This document shows positions 50,801-64,000 of a DNA stretch of 64,000 nucleotides, in pieces. The stretch is from the NCBI GenBank assembly GCA_030141605.1, contig JAQGDQ010000933.1, positions 1 through 64,000 of the forward strand. The letters run 5' to 3'. Source of the DNA: Tubiluchus corallicola (taxonomy: Eukaryota; Animalia; Priapulida). The translations under genes were made by a program, and so were the position numbers. The notes beneath the pieces were generated by a model. That model was not told the DNA's origin, did no database searches, and saw only the letters and a program-made list of their open reading frames with translations. How positions within the stretch are numbered: the first letter of the stretch is position 1; every line of letters starts with the position of its first letter.

Positions 50801-53800
50801 CTGACCATTTCGTTCTCGGATTTAGGACTATCTTTCTTACTACAGACTGGCAAGTTTTCTTCACGCGATTTCTTTGCGATATTCTTACCTTCTCTTAAAA
50901 CGTTCCTACGTGACTGAAATTCCAAAATAGCGAGGCTATCCATTATAATTATGGTAACACATAATATTTTTCTTGTTCGTAATCTTTTTACAAAATGTGC
51001 CATTTTTAGACAATTCTCTGCAGTTTGCATGTCAGATAGTGTCGGCGCTACACATAATACTGCCTGATCGATGGTGTTGAACTCACATTGTCACATTGTC
51101 AAAATCACAGCAAAAAGGAGACACACGTAAAGCGGTTCACCCAGTTAACATTGTTGTAATTTTGTTTTTCTTTTTTTTTCAACAAAAGAAATTCAATACA
51201 TTGTGAATCAAAGTTATCAGGAAGAATGACTGGCTGCTTAACACAGTTAAGTCTCATACACATGCGCAATTTTTTGACAGGTTAAATTTTAATATTCTAC
51301 AATTGAAAATTGTCTTTGTACTGACGTGAAGATGCGCAGACATTCGGACTCAGATATTTGAACACAGGACGTTTTACCACAAAACATTTGTTGGCAGAGG
51401 CAGGTAGTTTTGATGGCAGAGTCAAGTGAATAGAGCAATCCACTTTCCACTTTTCGTGTACGCACAACAAGTAAATTGTGACTGCGGACAATTTTTTGTG
51501 TCAGTTATTGCGCATTTGTAGAGGATTTTAGCTTTTGTGTTGTAACAAAAGTATATCATTTGAACAAGTCATCTAGCACACAAGAAAAACGCTAAAATAG
51601 AACCCTGGAATAAAATTGTAACAAGTTTACAGTATATTTCTGTACTAGTATAATAAATATTTATGAAAATGCAACAAGATAGGAATAGCAGCTACAATAT
51701 CTACGCATGCGCAAATCTACCCCACATTTCACAACAAGCTAAAGTTAGGGAAGGACATGTTTTGAGGGGGTTTGGATTGTTTCATTATTTATAGGGACGA
51801 GGAAGGGTTAGAGTTATTGTAACAAGCTAAATGTGTTACTATAACTTCTAAGTGTTCAGAAAGAACAATATATCTTTCACCTTTCACAATGTATGATAAT
51901 GCGTATACAGTGTCCTGCATAATGTCCCATTTTTTGTTTTCATATTAAAGTCAGCTAAAAAAATTACAACAATCACAGTCTGTGTTATTTAATTTTGACA
52001 AAAACACACAGTTTGTCCAAACTTTGTAAAAAAATAAATTTCATGCATAAATGGGTTAATTTAAAGGAAGTTTGCAAATACCTATCTCATGTAGAATTCT
52101 ATTTCTGGTGAAAAAGTTTTGCTAAAAACATTCATATTTTAAATGTCTTATCGGGAAATATAACTTGACGGAAAATTAGGACCGATTTTCAAGTGTAATA
52201 CCGTTCATAGAAATAAAATCGATTTTTCCAGAGTACAGTTTTATCTAAGCATCTGCATTGTTTTGTTTCTATCAAGTTAAAAGATGTTTAAAAAGCATAT
52301 AATCATACATTGGCCTTTCTTATTAGCTGGGGTTGATTATAAAATCACATTGAACAAACGCAGATGCATTTACGACAATACTCCTCTTTTTTTATTGTCT
52401 GTGAACAAAAAATAACAAAACGAAACATCAGAGCTGTCATCCTAAGCAGCCGACATTACTTCCACCTCTATAACAACCAACTAACTAGTTCAAAATCAAA
52501 TTACATTCTGGTGAGAAGCCAACCTGGCGCATAAATTAGAATCTGCAGGCAGGTCATAACATCTTATATATCACGTCTAGACGTTACTTTATTTAACCTG
52601 ATTTCTAAGATTCAGTTAGGCTTAAGCCAAAATAAATGTTCATTAAATACAGTTTGTTTACGTGTAAAAAATATATTTTTATAAGCGTACTAATGAAACA
52701 CGTGAGGCTAAATCCATAGATAAGTCTTGATAAATAATTTATTTATTGTTTGGGTCAAACTAATTGATTTTGTAGGGCTAGATGCCAAGGGCAATCAGTT
52801 TATATTGGTAAATACATAGGCTCAGCTTCATAGAATCTTTGTAGGTAGTAACACATGCATCATACGTGTATATGAGTCTGTGCGCATGGGTTTATCAAGA
52901 CTCTACGAAGCCGTAGACTGGCAGTTCAGTCCTACTCATCTCTACTACTGTATTATTTATAAATGAAGCACTGCATGCAATTACTTGTCGTGTGCATGTA
53001 TGCATGTGCACATTATTTATTTACAAACCTACGATATCATATATTTGTAATTATATGGATTAATTTCAGGGCATGTAAATGGGTGCAATTTTTAATGTAC
53101 CAAATCCGCCACATCGTATTGGAGTAAAACGACCAAGAAACAAATGACAGAACCTTCAACAAAAGGAAAAGAAGGATATGCGTGTGTGTGTGTGTGTGTT
53201 GGGGGGGGGGGGTGTCTGCGAGTATGGTTTGGCCCTCTACGCAAACGTATAAACACAATGTATCTTGATTGTGTTAAAAGTTGTTTAGGTGTGAGAAGAA
53301 TCAGGCACAATGAATTGGGTTTGTTGAAATAAATTTGCCGTCTGTGGAAACATTCATTAAAGAATTTTTTTAAAAGATTCCTATCAGCCATTTTGATGAC
53401 AGTTCATTTGAAACAAGTTTATTTAACACTGTGTAAAGCTTGAAAAAAATAATCAGAGCATTCGCAGCATACATGTTGCTAACTAAACAAAATTTAAATT
53501 ACTGTGTCTAGTCAATAACACTAAAATACGTTTTTGGCTAGAGAGTGGCGCACCCTGGAGACTAAGTCAGCGACATTTTTTACGAATTGGCACAAATATT
53601 TTCAATTATTATTCCTAGTTTCAAAGGTTTTTCCAGCTGGTAAGCGAAATGCTAAGTAATATAGATTTGCATGGAAAGTATTTTGAGACATAATTTAACA
53701 TTGCCTGTTCGATTCCTCTCATTTACGTGTGCGTAGTGACGTTTACGTCGCAATAGTGAGGTGATGTAAAGGCGCCATCGGAACAATATTGTGGGAGATT

Positions 53801-54049
53801 TATAATGAAAAAAAGGAAAATTTTCTTTCAACGCAAGCTCAATAATTGTGTAAAATTGCTGTAAAGTTACACATTTTAAGGCGATTTTCCTGAAACACAC
53901 TTCAGGTACCCTTTTTCTTGTTCTTTAAAAACTGTTGGCGCACAGTATTGACGTCACACCATTGTACTTATAAAACTATGTCGCGAAGATTTTGCATATT
54001 GGTGTGTGTGTGTGTGTGTGCGCGCGCGCAATTTCATTCTTGTTACATC

Positions 54050-55085
54050 AAAAGAATAAAGTTAGAAAATTTATTAATTCAAGTCAACAGTGAAGGGAAA
54101 TTGAGTCAGCCGTTTTCTACAAACAAAGGAGTACCTCAGGGTGACTGCCTGAGCTCTGTAATTTTTAGTTTATATCTTGCCATACTCTCAATGAGGACAA
54201 AGTTATACCATTGAAGACCTAGAAGATCACAACTACACAATCCTTGATCTTGAATTGATGCCGAATGAAGTAAGACAAGAACACAGTTACAGCTCTCTAC
54301 AAAGTAAGTCAACTACGATATCAATGCAGTATGCTGATGATGTGGCATGGATTACAAGAAACAAAGAAGAAATAGATGAAATAAAAAACTCAATAGAGGA
54401 GAAACTGAACAGAATGGATCTCGTTGTAAACAAAAATAAAACTGAAAAGTTTCACATAACACGCCATAGTAATGAATCTTGGCAGAGATGCAAGTATCTC
54501 GGTAGTCTGCTGGCAACAGAACACGACATGTCAAGATGGAAGATGATGGCATTATCAGCTTACTCAAAACTCGCAAGTTTTTGAGAATAGGAAAAATTTT
54601 TTGGAAACAAAAATTAGAATATTCTCAGCCTTAGTTGAAACTGTATTTCTGTATAACTCTGAGCTCTGGACATTAAAAACAAATCATAAAGCTGAAATCG
54701 GTGCGTTTCAAAGGCGAAATTACAGAAACATTTTGGGTATTAGATGGCAAGGAAAATTTCAAACAATGGTTTATATAAAAAAATAAAAGAAGAACGTTTG
54801 ACAAGAAAAATAAAAAGTCACCGTTTAAGATTGGGGGATATGCTTAGACTACGTGATGATATTCCAGTGAAGATAGCTCTTCAACAAGACATAGAACCAG
54901 CTGAAAAAACCCGCAGGAGGACAGATGTTAACATATTTAGATTTTGCACAGACAGATTTAAACACTCCAGCATTGATCCTTAGAAATAAATGCACTTGGG
55001 GCATTGCGGCGAGCAGGGAGTCCTGGCATAGGGGAGGTGAGCAGAATCATGTCCCTGGACGTGTGATTCATTGGATGATGAAGAT
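54050..55085 (+). mobile_element. RTE-like LINE 3' fragment (RT)
   Basis: GVPQGDCLSSVIFSLYL, QYADDVA, NKNKTE, KYLGS and FLYNSELWTL motifs with stops. Confidence 0.88.
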
Positions 55086-55189
55086 GGTTTGTTACAGAAG
55101 CCGATTTTATGCGTGGTGAATGTATTATAGTTTTAAATAAACTTTTTCGTAATAAATACTTGAACTTATCTGTGATTATATTTATATTT

Positions 55190-56580
55190 TCTTGCTGAGC
55201 TGCCGGGAAAGGGGACACTTTCTAGTGAGTATGGCTGATTGTGACAAAATTAAGCACTCTAGAAGTAGATCCAAAGGTTGGGAGAAGACTGGCATAAAAT
55301 TACTGAAGAAGGCTGATTTTTGTGAAACGCCTAACTTTGTTTTGTTTAGCAAAAATTAGAGAACCTTGGAAAATATAATGCCACCTTCAATGACGCAGAA
55401 GTGCAATTAGAAGATCATTTTGTAGGTGAAGAACTTGAACAAGTGACTACACAGCAGAATTAATTTCTGGTATTATCAAAAACCGTAAAACTTTTCTTTT
55501 TACCAAAAAGTCTATATGTTTGGCACGTTAAATGGGAACTAATGAGAAGGCTTGAAGATGAAAAACATGTTTTGAAAAATTTCGGCATGAAAAGCGAAAT
55601 TGATGTTAGACCAAAGGCTGCTTCACATGCTCGTCATAGAGAGTCGGATGAATATAGTCGTCGTGGTGCGTCTAAGAATTTAGGTGTGAGGAGCACCATA
55701 GATTCAATTTATTTTTTTTTCAGTCTAGTGATTCTTGTGGAAACACTAAAAATGCACCTTCAGCTTCAAAGAATTCCCATTGTTTAGTTAGAGGTGGAGC
55801 TCAACATATGTGATTGTGCGGCTCTTCCTACTATGACCTTGCAAGAGCGAAAACAGAAGGTAGTTAAGTAGCACCGTTGTTTTTTGTGTCTTGGTTTAAA
55901 CCACAGAGCTGATACTTGCCGTAAACCTCCTTGGAAGCTATGTATTAAACAGCATCATTATTTATTGTGCAATTCAATTACTGGCAACTCCCAGGTGAGT
56001 CCTTATGTTAAAAGAGGTTCAAATACTTCTGATGTGAATGTTGCTGTCGCATCAGTTCATCTACAGTCTTTGGGTACCAACGTTGTATTCTTAATAACTG
56101 CCAATAATGTTTTGTAAGGTGCAAAATCGCCACTTCCTATCCTGATGCCGCTGCTTCTCTTAGTTTTTTTTTGATGTTGCAGAGCGAGCAGGCTGTGAAA
56201 TTGTAGGTGAGCCTAATCTTTCGTTAACGATTATGGGTGGACTTCGGAAACTGCAGCAGAAATGCCAAATTGTACATGTTAAACTTCGAACAGGAAAAAT
56301 TGTGACCACTAAGGTCACAATCCAAGATAAACTAGCGAAAGCATTCCCAACATGTTCTGAGGGTGATTAGTTAAGAGACTTCAAGGACATTGATTCTAGG
56401 CGACCCTGAGATTCTCAGTGGCAATTCACGAGAAATTCGTTTACTTTCTGGTAGTGATGTTTATCACCAAATAATGGGCTCAAAGCTTTCCATTACTCCG
56501 CGAAACAGCCCCACAGCTGTTGATTCAATATTTGGGTGGCTCTTGCATGGTCCCTGTACCGGCAAACTGAACAAATAATT
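55190..56580 (+). mobile_element. Degenerate BEL/Pao LTR retrotransposon gag-protease region
   Basis: CFLCL..NH...C and C...HH.LLC zinc knuckles; IRLLSGSDVY and AVDSIFGWLLHGP motifs. Confidence 0.8.
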
Positions 56581-56814
56581 ATTTTCAAATAAAGTAAAGA
56601 AACTCGCTCTGTCGCGAGCAAAACGTTTGAAAGCAACTGGGCCAGAATGTTGCAATGTGTGCCATTTAAAAACTGACTAAAAAGGGAAAATCATTATGTG
56701 GAATGATACTGTTATATTTACATATATATTCACCTTATTCACAAGAGGAGGCTGACACATGCAGTCTAGGCAGAGCTAAAGGGACGTCAGGTGATATTTC
56801 TGAAAAATAAATGA

Positions 56815-56965
56815 TACTGAGTGGAGAAGAAATAGGATCAAGTGAGGTGAAGTGAAATGAAGAGAGGTGAGGTGAGATGAAATAACATTATGTGAAATGA
56901 TGTGTGATGAAGTGAGATGAAGTGAGGTGAGGTTAGGCAGAGGGAGATGAAGTGAGGAGAGCTGA
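56815..56965. repeat. Degenerate pentamer repeat (GTGAG/GTGAA/ATGAA)n
   Basis: Direct reading. Confidence 0.85.
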
Positions 56966-58076
56966 ATTAAGTTAATCTGTGGTATGATCATAGTAGTAGG
57001 AGCACAGCAAAAATGCAGCTGTTAGTTTACACAAAAGCATCTGGAAAAGCTGTGGAAAATATCCCATCTCTGGAAAACACTATATATAACAACTTTGTTT
57101 GCAAATATCTTTAAACGATAAATAAACATACATTGTTTTATGCATTCCAATTTTTGGATTATAAACAATTGTAATATACAATGTAACTTGGGCAGATCAC
57201 TGCAATAGTTCAGATCTATTAAATTTTTCTCATTTATCTTAATGCGTAAATCAGTTCAGTAATTTCAGAAACATTTTCAAAAGGATGAAAGTTTTATTTT
57301 GGTTATAAATATGTTAACTATTTCACTGAACTCATAAAGGCCATATTGGATTTTTTTCAAATGCAAACACAAATATTCAAAGACGATAGAAATTTTGTAT
57401 TTTAATATATTCCAAATTAAATTCTAGCTTATTTAGATGCTTTATTTTGCAGTTCTATGTTAAATCTACATTACTGGAAGTGATGTGTAATGATTCTTAC
57501 TTCGTCACAGGCAAGATGAAAAAAGAAGGGCAGGAATTAATCCAATTATTTTGGCAACGCTGCACAGCAGAATATATTCAATATTTAATAAGAACGCCAT
57601 ACTAATGATTAAAATTATTAATAATAATTAAAAATGGGCGACGTGTTCTTACGCACCAACATTTCACAAAATTATCATAGCCAGCATCATAAGAATATAT
57701 TTATTGTGAAGTGCTCTGTGTACTTAAAGTGAAAGTCATCTATATGAAGTAAAGAAAAAACCTGGTAAATAACCGTTCATTAACTCCGTAACTGCTTAAC
57801 TCACGCAATTTGATTAGCCCAGGAAATAGCTTACTGGGAATAACCTGTTAGGATGTGCGAAAGACACATAGCGGTCTTTCCTCTGCGTCGTCTTGCTGTT
57901 TTAATTCGTTATTCATTGCTTTTATTTTTTACAGCTGGGAAAGAAAACGTTAAAACTTTAAATTTTCTCTCTGTTAACTGCAATTAAACTTTCGAAAATT
58001 TTCCGCTAGAAAAAGAAGATCAAATTACTTTCAGTCAAATGCATTGTAAATCTTCAAACAAATAAAATCAAATTAA

Positions 58077-60666
58077 TCTTTATCTTACCGCGTATACTTC
58101 TAGCTGTCCGTTTTTATTCATTTTTACATGGATGTGTTCTATTAACATACCTATTGTATGTAACAAGTTTCAGGCAAATCCCTTCACGGGTTACGGAGAT
58201 ATGGAATGTTCCATTTATGGAACATTGGGAAGATCAGCACGTATTACTTACAAAAGGACACACTGAAGATTGATGCATGTTGCATTGCATTTTCGATGTT
58301 TATTTACAGCAATACCATGACAACACAATGTATGTATACAACACATGATATTTCTTCATGTGCACGACTGAACATGCACATGCACATCACACTGGATGTG
58401 CATATACACCTCGCCCTAGCGGCGGTGGTACACTATAAAGCAGTCCTTCTGCCTCTCACTGTGGAGCCGCACTCCACACTTGTTGCACATTCGTTTCGTG
58501 TTTGTTTTACATACTTTACATCGTCCCTGAGTCGTTGCCACAGCCTGGTGATTTCGACCATCAAACCTCGCTTCGACTGGAAGGCCCATAGGCCCGTGAC
58601 CTACGCCTCGAACAGCAAATGGTTCAGTGTCCGCTTTTAGTAGGCACAACGCCACATTGCGACGAAAGTCCAAATGAGTCATCACTGTCTCACGATGAAG
58701 GACACAGTAAAGCCGCCACGCTACAACAATGGATACGTTCACTGCATTTAGGAAGAATGGCCAGTACCACTTTTTTCCTCTGATCATTGGCCTGTACGAA
58801 CCTAGAAGGCGATCAAATAGGTCCACTCCGCCCATACCCTGATTGTATGCATTGACAAGGTGAGGCTGGGCAACGTCCTTCTCTCCCCCTTTTGTTCTCC
58901 TTTTCACCTGGTGAATCGGAAGATGGGTTTGATAGTTGCTAGCTACCGCTACAACTGAATTGTCGTTCCACATTGTTACGTTGCCATTGCCATCTGATCT
59001 GTAATCAAATGTGCCCCTATCCTTCTTGGCAAGTTCTTTCTTGGAAATCATAGATTTCGAAGCACCACGTGTTCTGTTTTCTCGGACAGTTCCTGTTGCT
59101 TTCAAGTTTGCCGCAGACAAATCACTCAACAGATCATACGTAGTAAAAAAATTATCAAAGAACAGTTCGTGGCGGCGAACGTCCGAGTTTTCCGAAATAA
59201 CCTTCACCATATTCTGTACAACTCGAGTTCCTAACGGGATGTCACGGTCTGCACCCTCTTCCTTCCCTTGGTACAGTCGCATTGCATATATGGGTAGCCG
59301 TCAGCACCGCAGAAACACCATATTTTGTACCCAAATCTGATGGGCTTTCCTTTTATGTACATCTTGCCCCCGTGTCGCCCGAAATAAGGCACCATGCTTT
59401 TGTCTACGCTCAAAACATTATGGAACACACCAAACCGAACAATGTTGGCATTGAGAACGTCATATGACGGCATTACTTTTGCGAACTTATTTCCACGAGC
59501 AAGGTTCTGATTATCGGCGAAGTGAATGTACCTTTTTATTTCCTGAAACCTGTTTCTGCTCATTGCGTTGGAAATGACTGGAACTCCCAAATCAGGTTGT
59601 GTTGACCAGTAGTGGTGTTCTTCAGGAAGACTGTGGTAACCTGACACAACTAGACATCTGATGAACCGTCGTACTTCTGACTTTGTGACTGTAAAGTTGG
59701 GCTTGTTTTTATCCCGACGTGCGTAGAGTAGTGTCTGCTCAACAACATCATTCATCAAATTGTCGGAAAAAATTTCTCTCCACAACTCGTATGGAGTCTC
59801 ACCTTCCAATGCATTCAGTTCATCAGACAACGTGATATCAGCAGTGGGTAATATCTTGTCGAAGTCAGTTTTCTTTCTCCAATTTGGAAGTTCTCTTCGT
59901 TCTCCAATTTAGGCGAATTTACTTGTTGGTTCTTCATTCTCGACTACATCGTCATCCGCTTCCTCATCCACTTCCATCCCTCCCGCTGGCTCGAAGTCAA
60001 CATCTTCTTGGCTGTCCTCCAAATCACTGTCTTGATCAGCTTCGTCTCCTGCGGCGGGAGGAAGCAGTACCACGTTGACTGGGCGTTCACTCTGTTCGAG
60101 TGGTTTGCTAACGCTGGTATCCACAAAATGTTGTGTTTCACTCAACTTGTTAGGAAAGTATCAAGAACAATGGCAGTGAGCGCTACGCTACTTGGCAATA
60201 AGCTGCACACTGTCTACTGCACACTGTAAGCATGACTGTGGTGAGCCACGCTCCACTGTACACTGCAACCTAAAACGTGCTGATCCTACCAATGTTCCAT
60301 AAATGGAACATCAAAATATTACAGTATTTTTTTAGTACTTAGCAACCGAATGTACGATCTGTTATATTGCCAATCAATACCTTGGAGTGTAAGCTTTTAG
60401 GCAGTGCAGCCAATTTCCACTGAAGTTCACTCTGCACTTTTTCAGGCCAATTTGAAATTGCGCCGTCAAATTTCGTATTTTTAGGCCTTAGTTGGGCAAC
60501 CATGAAAAATTTGAATCTCAATATAAAAAGTTCAGTTTCCCAACAAAGTAAGAGACATGTCAGGACATCACGATAGAGGTAGAATTGCCTTGATAAATTA
60601 AGCATGTGAGCTGCGATGGCGCCATAAAAAGTATGTTCCATTTATGGAACATTGGTAAGATAAAGG
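58077..60666 (-). mobile_element. Full-length piggyBac copy 2 (~2.59 kb)
   Basis: TIRs (C/T)CTTTATCTTACC at both ends, flanked by TTAA (58073-58076) and TCAA (60667-60670); subterminal palindromes at ~58206, 60291 and 60633. Confidence 0.95.
58416..60145 (-). pseudogene. PGBD3-like transposase (stop at 59909, 2-bp insertion at ~59287)
   Basis: Catalytic triad motifs SVDKSM, FFDNFF and GGVDLFD; C-terminal Cys-rich domain CKVC..CNKC..LH..CF..YH. Confidence 0.95.
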
Positions 60667-61647
60667 TCAAAGTTCTCAACAGGCAAATTGGTTCTTATCC
60701 AAGTTCGCCAACACAATAAATTTACACATAATACAAGACCCGGGTTTCAAAACCATTTCGTGGATTATATTACAGAATTTAACAATTTACTATGTAAGAA
60801 AATTTTTGTTTAAATAAATCTATTTAGACTAATTTAATAATTTGCGATCTTATTTATTTTTTGGCTTTTCCAATTCCTTCCTTTTTGGCAAAAAACAAAA
60901 CGCATTTTTCTTTAAATGAATATTAAACATTAAATGAAAAGCAGAAACCCTAACTATGCAAGAAAACTAGAAATTTCAACGTCATTGACGGCAGCAGTTC
61001 CCCAGCGAATATTGCATTATTTTCCGTTCATATTGTATGATCCACAAAAGCTAGTTAGTGTCATTCAAGCGCAAAACATTTCCACTTTTGTTTCCTAAGA
61101 TTACGTCAATTCATGCAGACACCATAGTCATGTTTCTCTTTCCTTTGTCCCCAGTTTCTATTGTGTGGTGCGTATATACTGTACAGCTAAGAAAGTGCTT
61201 GTAATAATGATCTTTCCATTACTAAAAAGTTTCTTACCCACACACATGTATCTAATAATGAGTGATAAGAATCGAAGTTTTCAGAAGTGGAACGCAGGAG
61301 ATGAATAGCAAAAAGGTTGCTAAAATAGTCTGTTAATATGAGCGACTATAAATAAAATATTTAATGTTGAACCTGTGTTTGGCTTTGGACGCTATGGAGA
61401 GTACCGGGGGAAAAGGGATTGATCATTGGGAAGAAAGCTTTAAATTACTTCTGCCTAGGGCGTCGAACTACATAGAGTCGACCCTGAAAACACCGAGAGT
61501 TGACACAAATTGCTTAAAATTAAATCGCTAAACGACATCATGCATACTGCCAGAACATTAAACCTTTCAGGTCGAAATGCATCGCTTGCAATTTCACACA
61601 GTATCATAATTATATGTTCTGCAATTTAGAGTTGAAAGGCTGCAAGA

Positions 61648-62673
61648 ATGTACCGTTTCTTTTGCACGAAATTAAAGCATGCGCAAAAAACATGTGTGAG
61701 GTTTCTGTTGCTCACATTATTTATCAAAATATACCTGCTAATAATGTGTGAGACAGAAGAAGCTTGTAATATGAAATGTGAAAGACAGAAGAAATACGAA
61801 AGCAAAATGACCGTGAAAGAACAGAGTGGTATTACAAAAGAACTGACGCGAGATTTTGAAACACAGCTTGATGGTAAGCAAGAAATGAGATCAGACAAGT
61901 TGAAAGCTATAAGTGGCAACAAAAAAACGTTGTTAGCGAATCAAAGAAAAGTATCGTCTCTGTCACAATACGTTAGCAATGTTGTGTTTGATGAAGCAAA
62001 TATGTTCAAAACGGTGTTTTTTAAAAATTTTGCAAGGAAAGAATTTCGCTATTACAAAGTCATCAATTATTTTCAGGGAACAAAGATGTTTTCCCCTGAC
62101 TTTACTGTGACCATTGCTACACACTGTTCATGGCAGTACATCCACCATCTATTAGACTTAGTGCACAGACACAATGGCCCTATATCAGCATCATTGTACG
62201 TACCTGGGAACAACTATCGTTTTGTTATGGAAATTGTCTCGAATATTAGAAAGTGTTACCAGGAATTTGCAGAAAAGGTGACCATTTCACTGTTTTTTCC
62301 CGAAGACGGGTATCCAACAACTGACAGAAATCTACACAAAGCTAACAGTACAATCCGCTGTGAACAGTTGACACAGAAACCTACAAAAGGGCCTGACTTG
62401 TCTCGTTATGGGCCGTACCCTATTAATCTGGGAAGAAACACAGCACGTTTGGCTGTTTATACGAAATACATGTTACTATTGGATGTTGAACTAAAACCCA
62501 GCCTTAATCTAACTGAAAACTTTACTCAAATGATGATGCTCAACAAGTATCATATTGAAAAGGCCTTGTATGTATTACCAACTTTTGAAGTACATGCCAA
62601 TCGACCAGTTCCAAATAACAAACACGAACTACTAAGATTAGTGGAACAAAATGAGGCTTTTCCATTTCAACAG
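61648..62673 (+). CDS. GT49 beta-1,4-glucuronyltransferase (B4GAT1-like) first coding exon; the gene continues beyond what is visible
   Basis: TM anchor; VTIATH, GPISASLY, YPINLGRNTAR, LLDVELKPS, YVLPTFEV and PNNKHELL motifs; donor CAG|GTATGC at 62674. Confidence 0.88.
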
Positions 62674-63308
62674 GTATGCCGTAAAGTTCAACTATAATAT
62701 TGCTCTAGGGTTCTCGTTGACATACTCCGAGATTAGGTTCTAAATTTCTTGTAAATTTGCATAGTAACCATCCAAAATGCTGGTTACTATGGGGTTTTAC
62801 AAATTAATATGAAATGTAAATTAATTTAGTAATTTTCTTTAAAGTAGTGATGGTGAACTTAATCATCAAAAAATATTGCTTACCTTCACTAAATATTTTC
62901 TTACCTGTATGAATTTTAATTACAGGTTTATAGTGGCTATTATCATTATGTATCTTTAAGTATTAGAAACATCTATAAGATACTTGCTTTCCATATCAAA
63001 ATAAATTTCCTTATCTTTGATCAGCTAGTGATACTAGTCAAGTGATTTTTTGGAATCGTAGCTTACACACATTATTAACATTATTATTTACAGGTATCAT
63101 TAATATGAGGTAGTTATAATTATTGTACTGCTGCTTCTAGGTGCTTTTAATCTTACCTTCACCAACAAAGCATAATTTACCATATAGCAGGTAAATTAAT
63201 GAGGTTAACTGGTTTTGTCCTCTTTCGAAATAATTGTAGCCTGCACTAACTGTATTTGCTAGTAATAGATATCAAGTCAGCAGCTGGCACAAGTGTAAAA
63301 TCTTGCTT

Positions 63309-63309
63309 C

Positions 63310-63346
<37 letters not shown>

Positions 63347-63428
63347 AGTTTCTTTGATTATGGCGAAATTTATCAACACACATGTTTTGATTTAGTAGTA
63401 GTAGTAGAAGTAGTAGTAGTAGCAGCAC

Positions 63429-63481
<53 letters not shown>

Positions 63482-63496
63482 CTAGTAGTAGTAGTA
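63309..63496. repeat. (AAT)n and (AGT)n microsatellites
   Basis: Direct reading; explains the poly-Leu/poly-Ile ORF. Confidence 0.95.
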
Positions 63497-63619
63497 GACC
63501 AGTTGGGAATTTCAATCAATTTCCAGTTGGTTTAAAACAAACTAACTGTCACTTAATTTATCAAAAATTAAATATATCACTCTTAGGTCACGGAACAAGA
63601 AAATTCCCTTTAATAACTG

Positions 63620-64000
63620 TGCCATAGAAACTGACATGCTATCAATAAAACACGTTAACGAAATAAAACATTGTGGTATTACACATAATGAATATTTAGA
63701 GTGGAACGCACATATCAATATGATTAAAATAAAATATCAAAAGTGTAGGTGTTATATCTAATATAAAAATTTGTTTTTATCTAGTACATGTTTGTCTTCT
63801 TTGGGGATAATAATATGAAATAATGAGAACATCTAAATTTAACTAGTTTTAAAATCAATAAAATTTTAGTTGTTGATGATGTAATTGAACTAAATACAGC
63901 TGTATAAATGCTGACAACATTTTATTTATTTCCCACTATTTTAACAATGTAGTTTGGCTTAATGTTCAACATCTTGACACTAAAAGAAATGAGTCAGTTA
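63620..64000 (+). mobile_element. Very old LINE C-terminal remnant
   Basis: EYLEWNAHINMIK resembles KLTWEPHIKHI of the 43-kb LINE. Confidence 0.4.

Noticed and set aside
62760-62791. 11-bp stem hairpin CATAGTAACCA...TGGTTACTATG
   Set aside because: Isolated intronic hairpin with no family context; not a terminator in this eukaryotic setting
63246-63515. Signal-peptide-like poly-Leu ORF
   Set aside because: Antisense translation of (AGT)n and (AAT)n microsatellites

Overview
AT-rich, intron-containing, repeat-dense animal (probably invertebrate) DNA, not prokaryotic. The main signal is five glycan-biosynthesis loci from unrelated enzyme families within ~37 kb (25.3-62.7 kb): a two-exon GT31 B3GALT6-like galactosyltransferase, two head-to-head chondroitin-synthase (CHSY)-like loci, a CHST11-14-like carbohydrate sulfotransferase exon and a B4GAT1-like (GT49) glucuronyltransferase exon. 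This may be an animal glycosaminoglycan biosynthetic gene cluster. The first intron of the complete CHSY-like gene holds a virus/Polinton-like fragment encoding a TATA-binding-protein-like ORF and a putative exonuclease. Other content: two inverted copies of one PGBD3-like piggyBac plus an older third one, a Gmr1-type Gypsy end, a degenerate HDV-like ribozyme heading an RTE-like 5' UTR, several LINE, BEL/Pao and Gypsy relics, a solo LTR, a perfect 321-bp-arm inverted repeat at the window start, and decayed duplicated receptor-like exons at 4-18 kb. All calls come from reading motifs by eye; no database searches were run.
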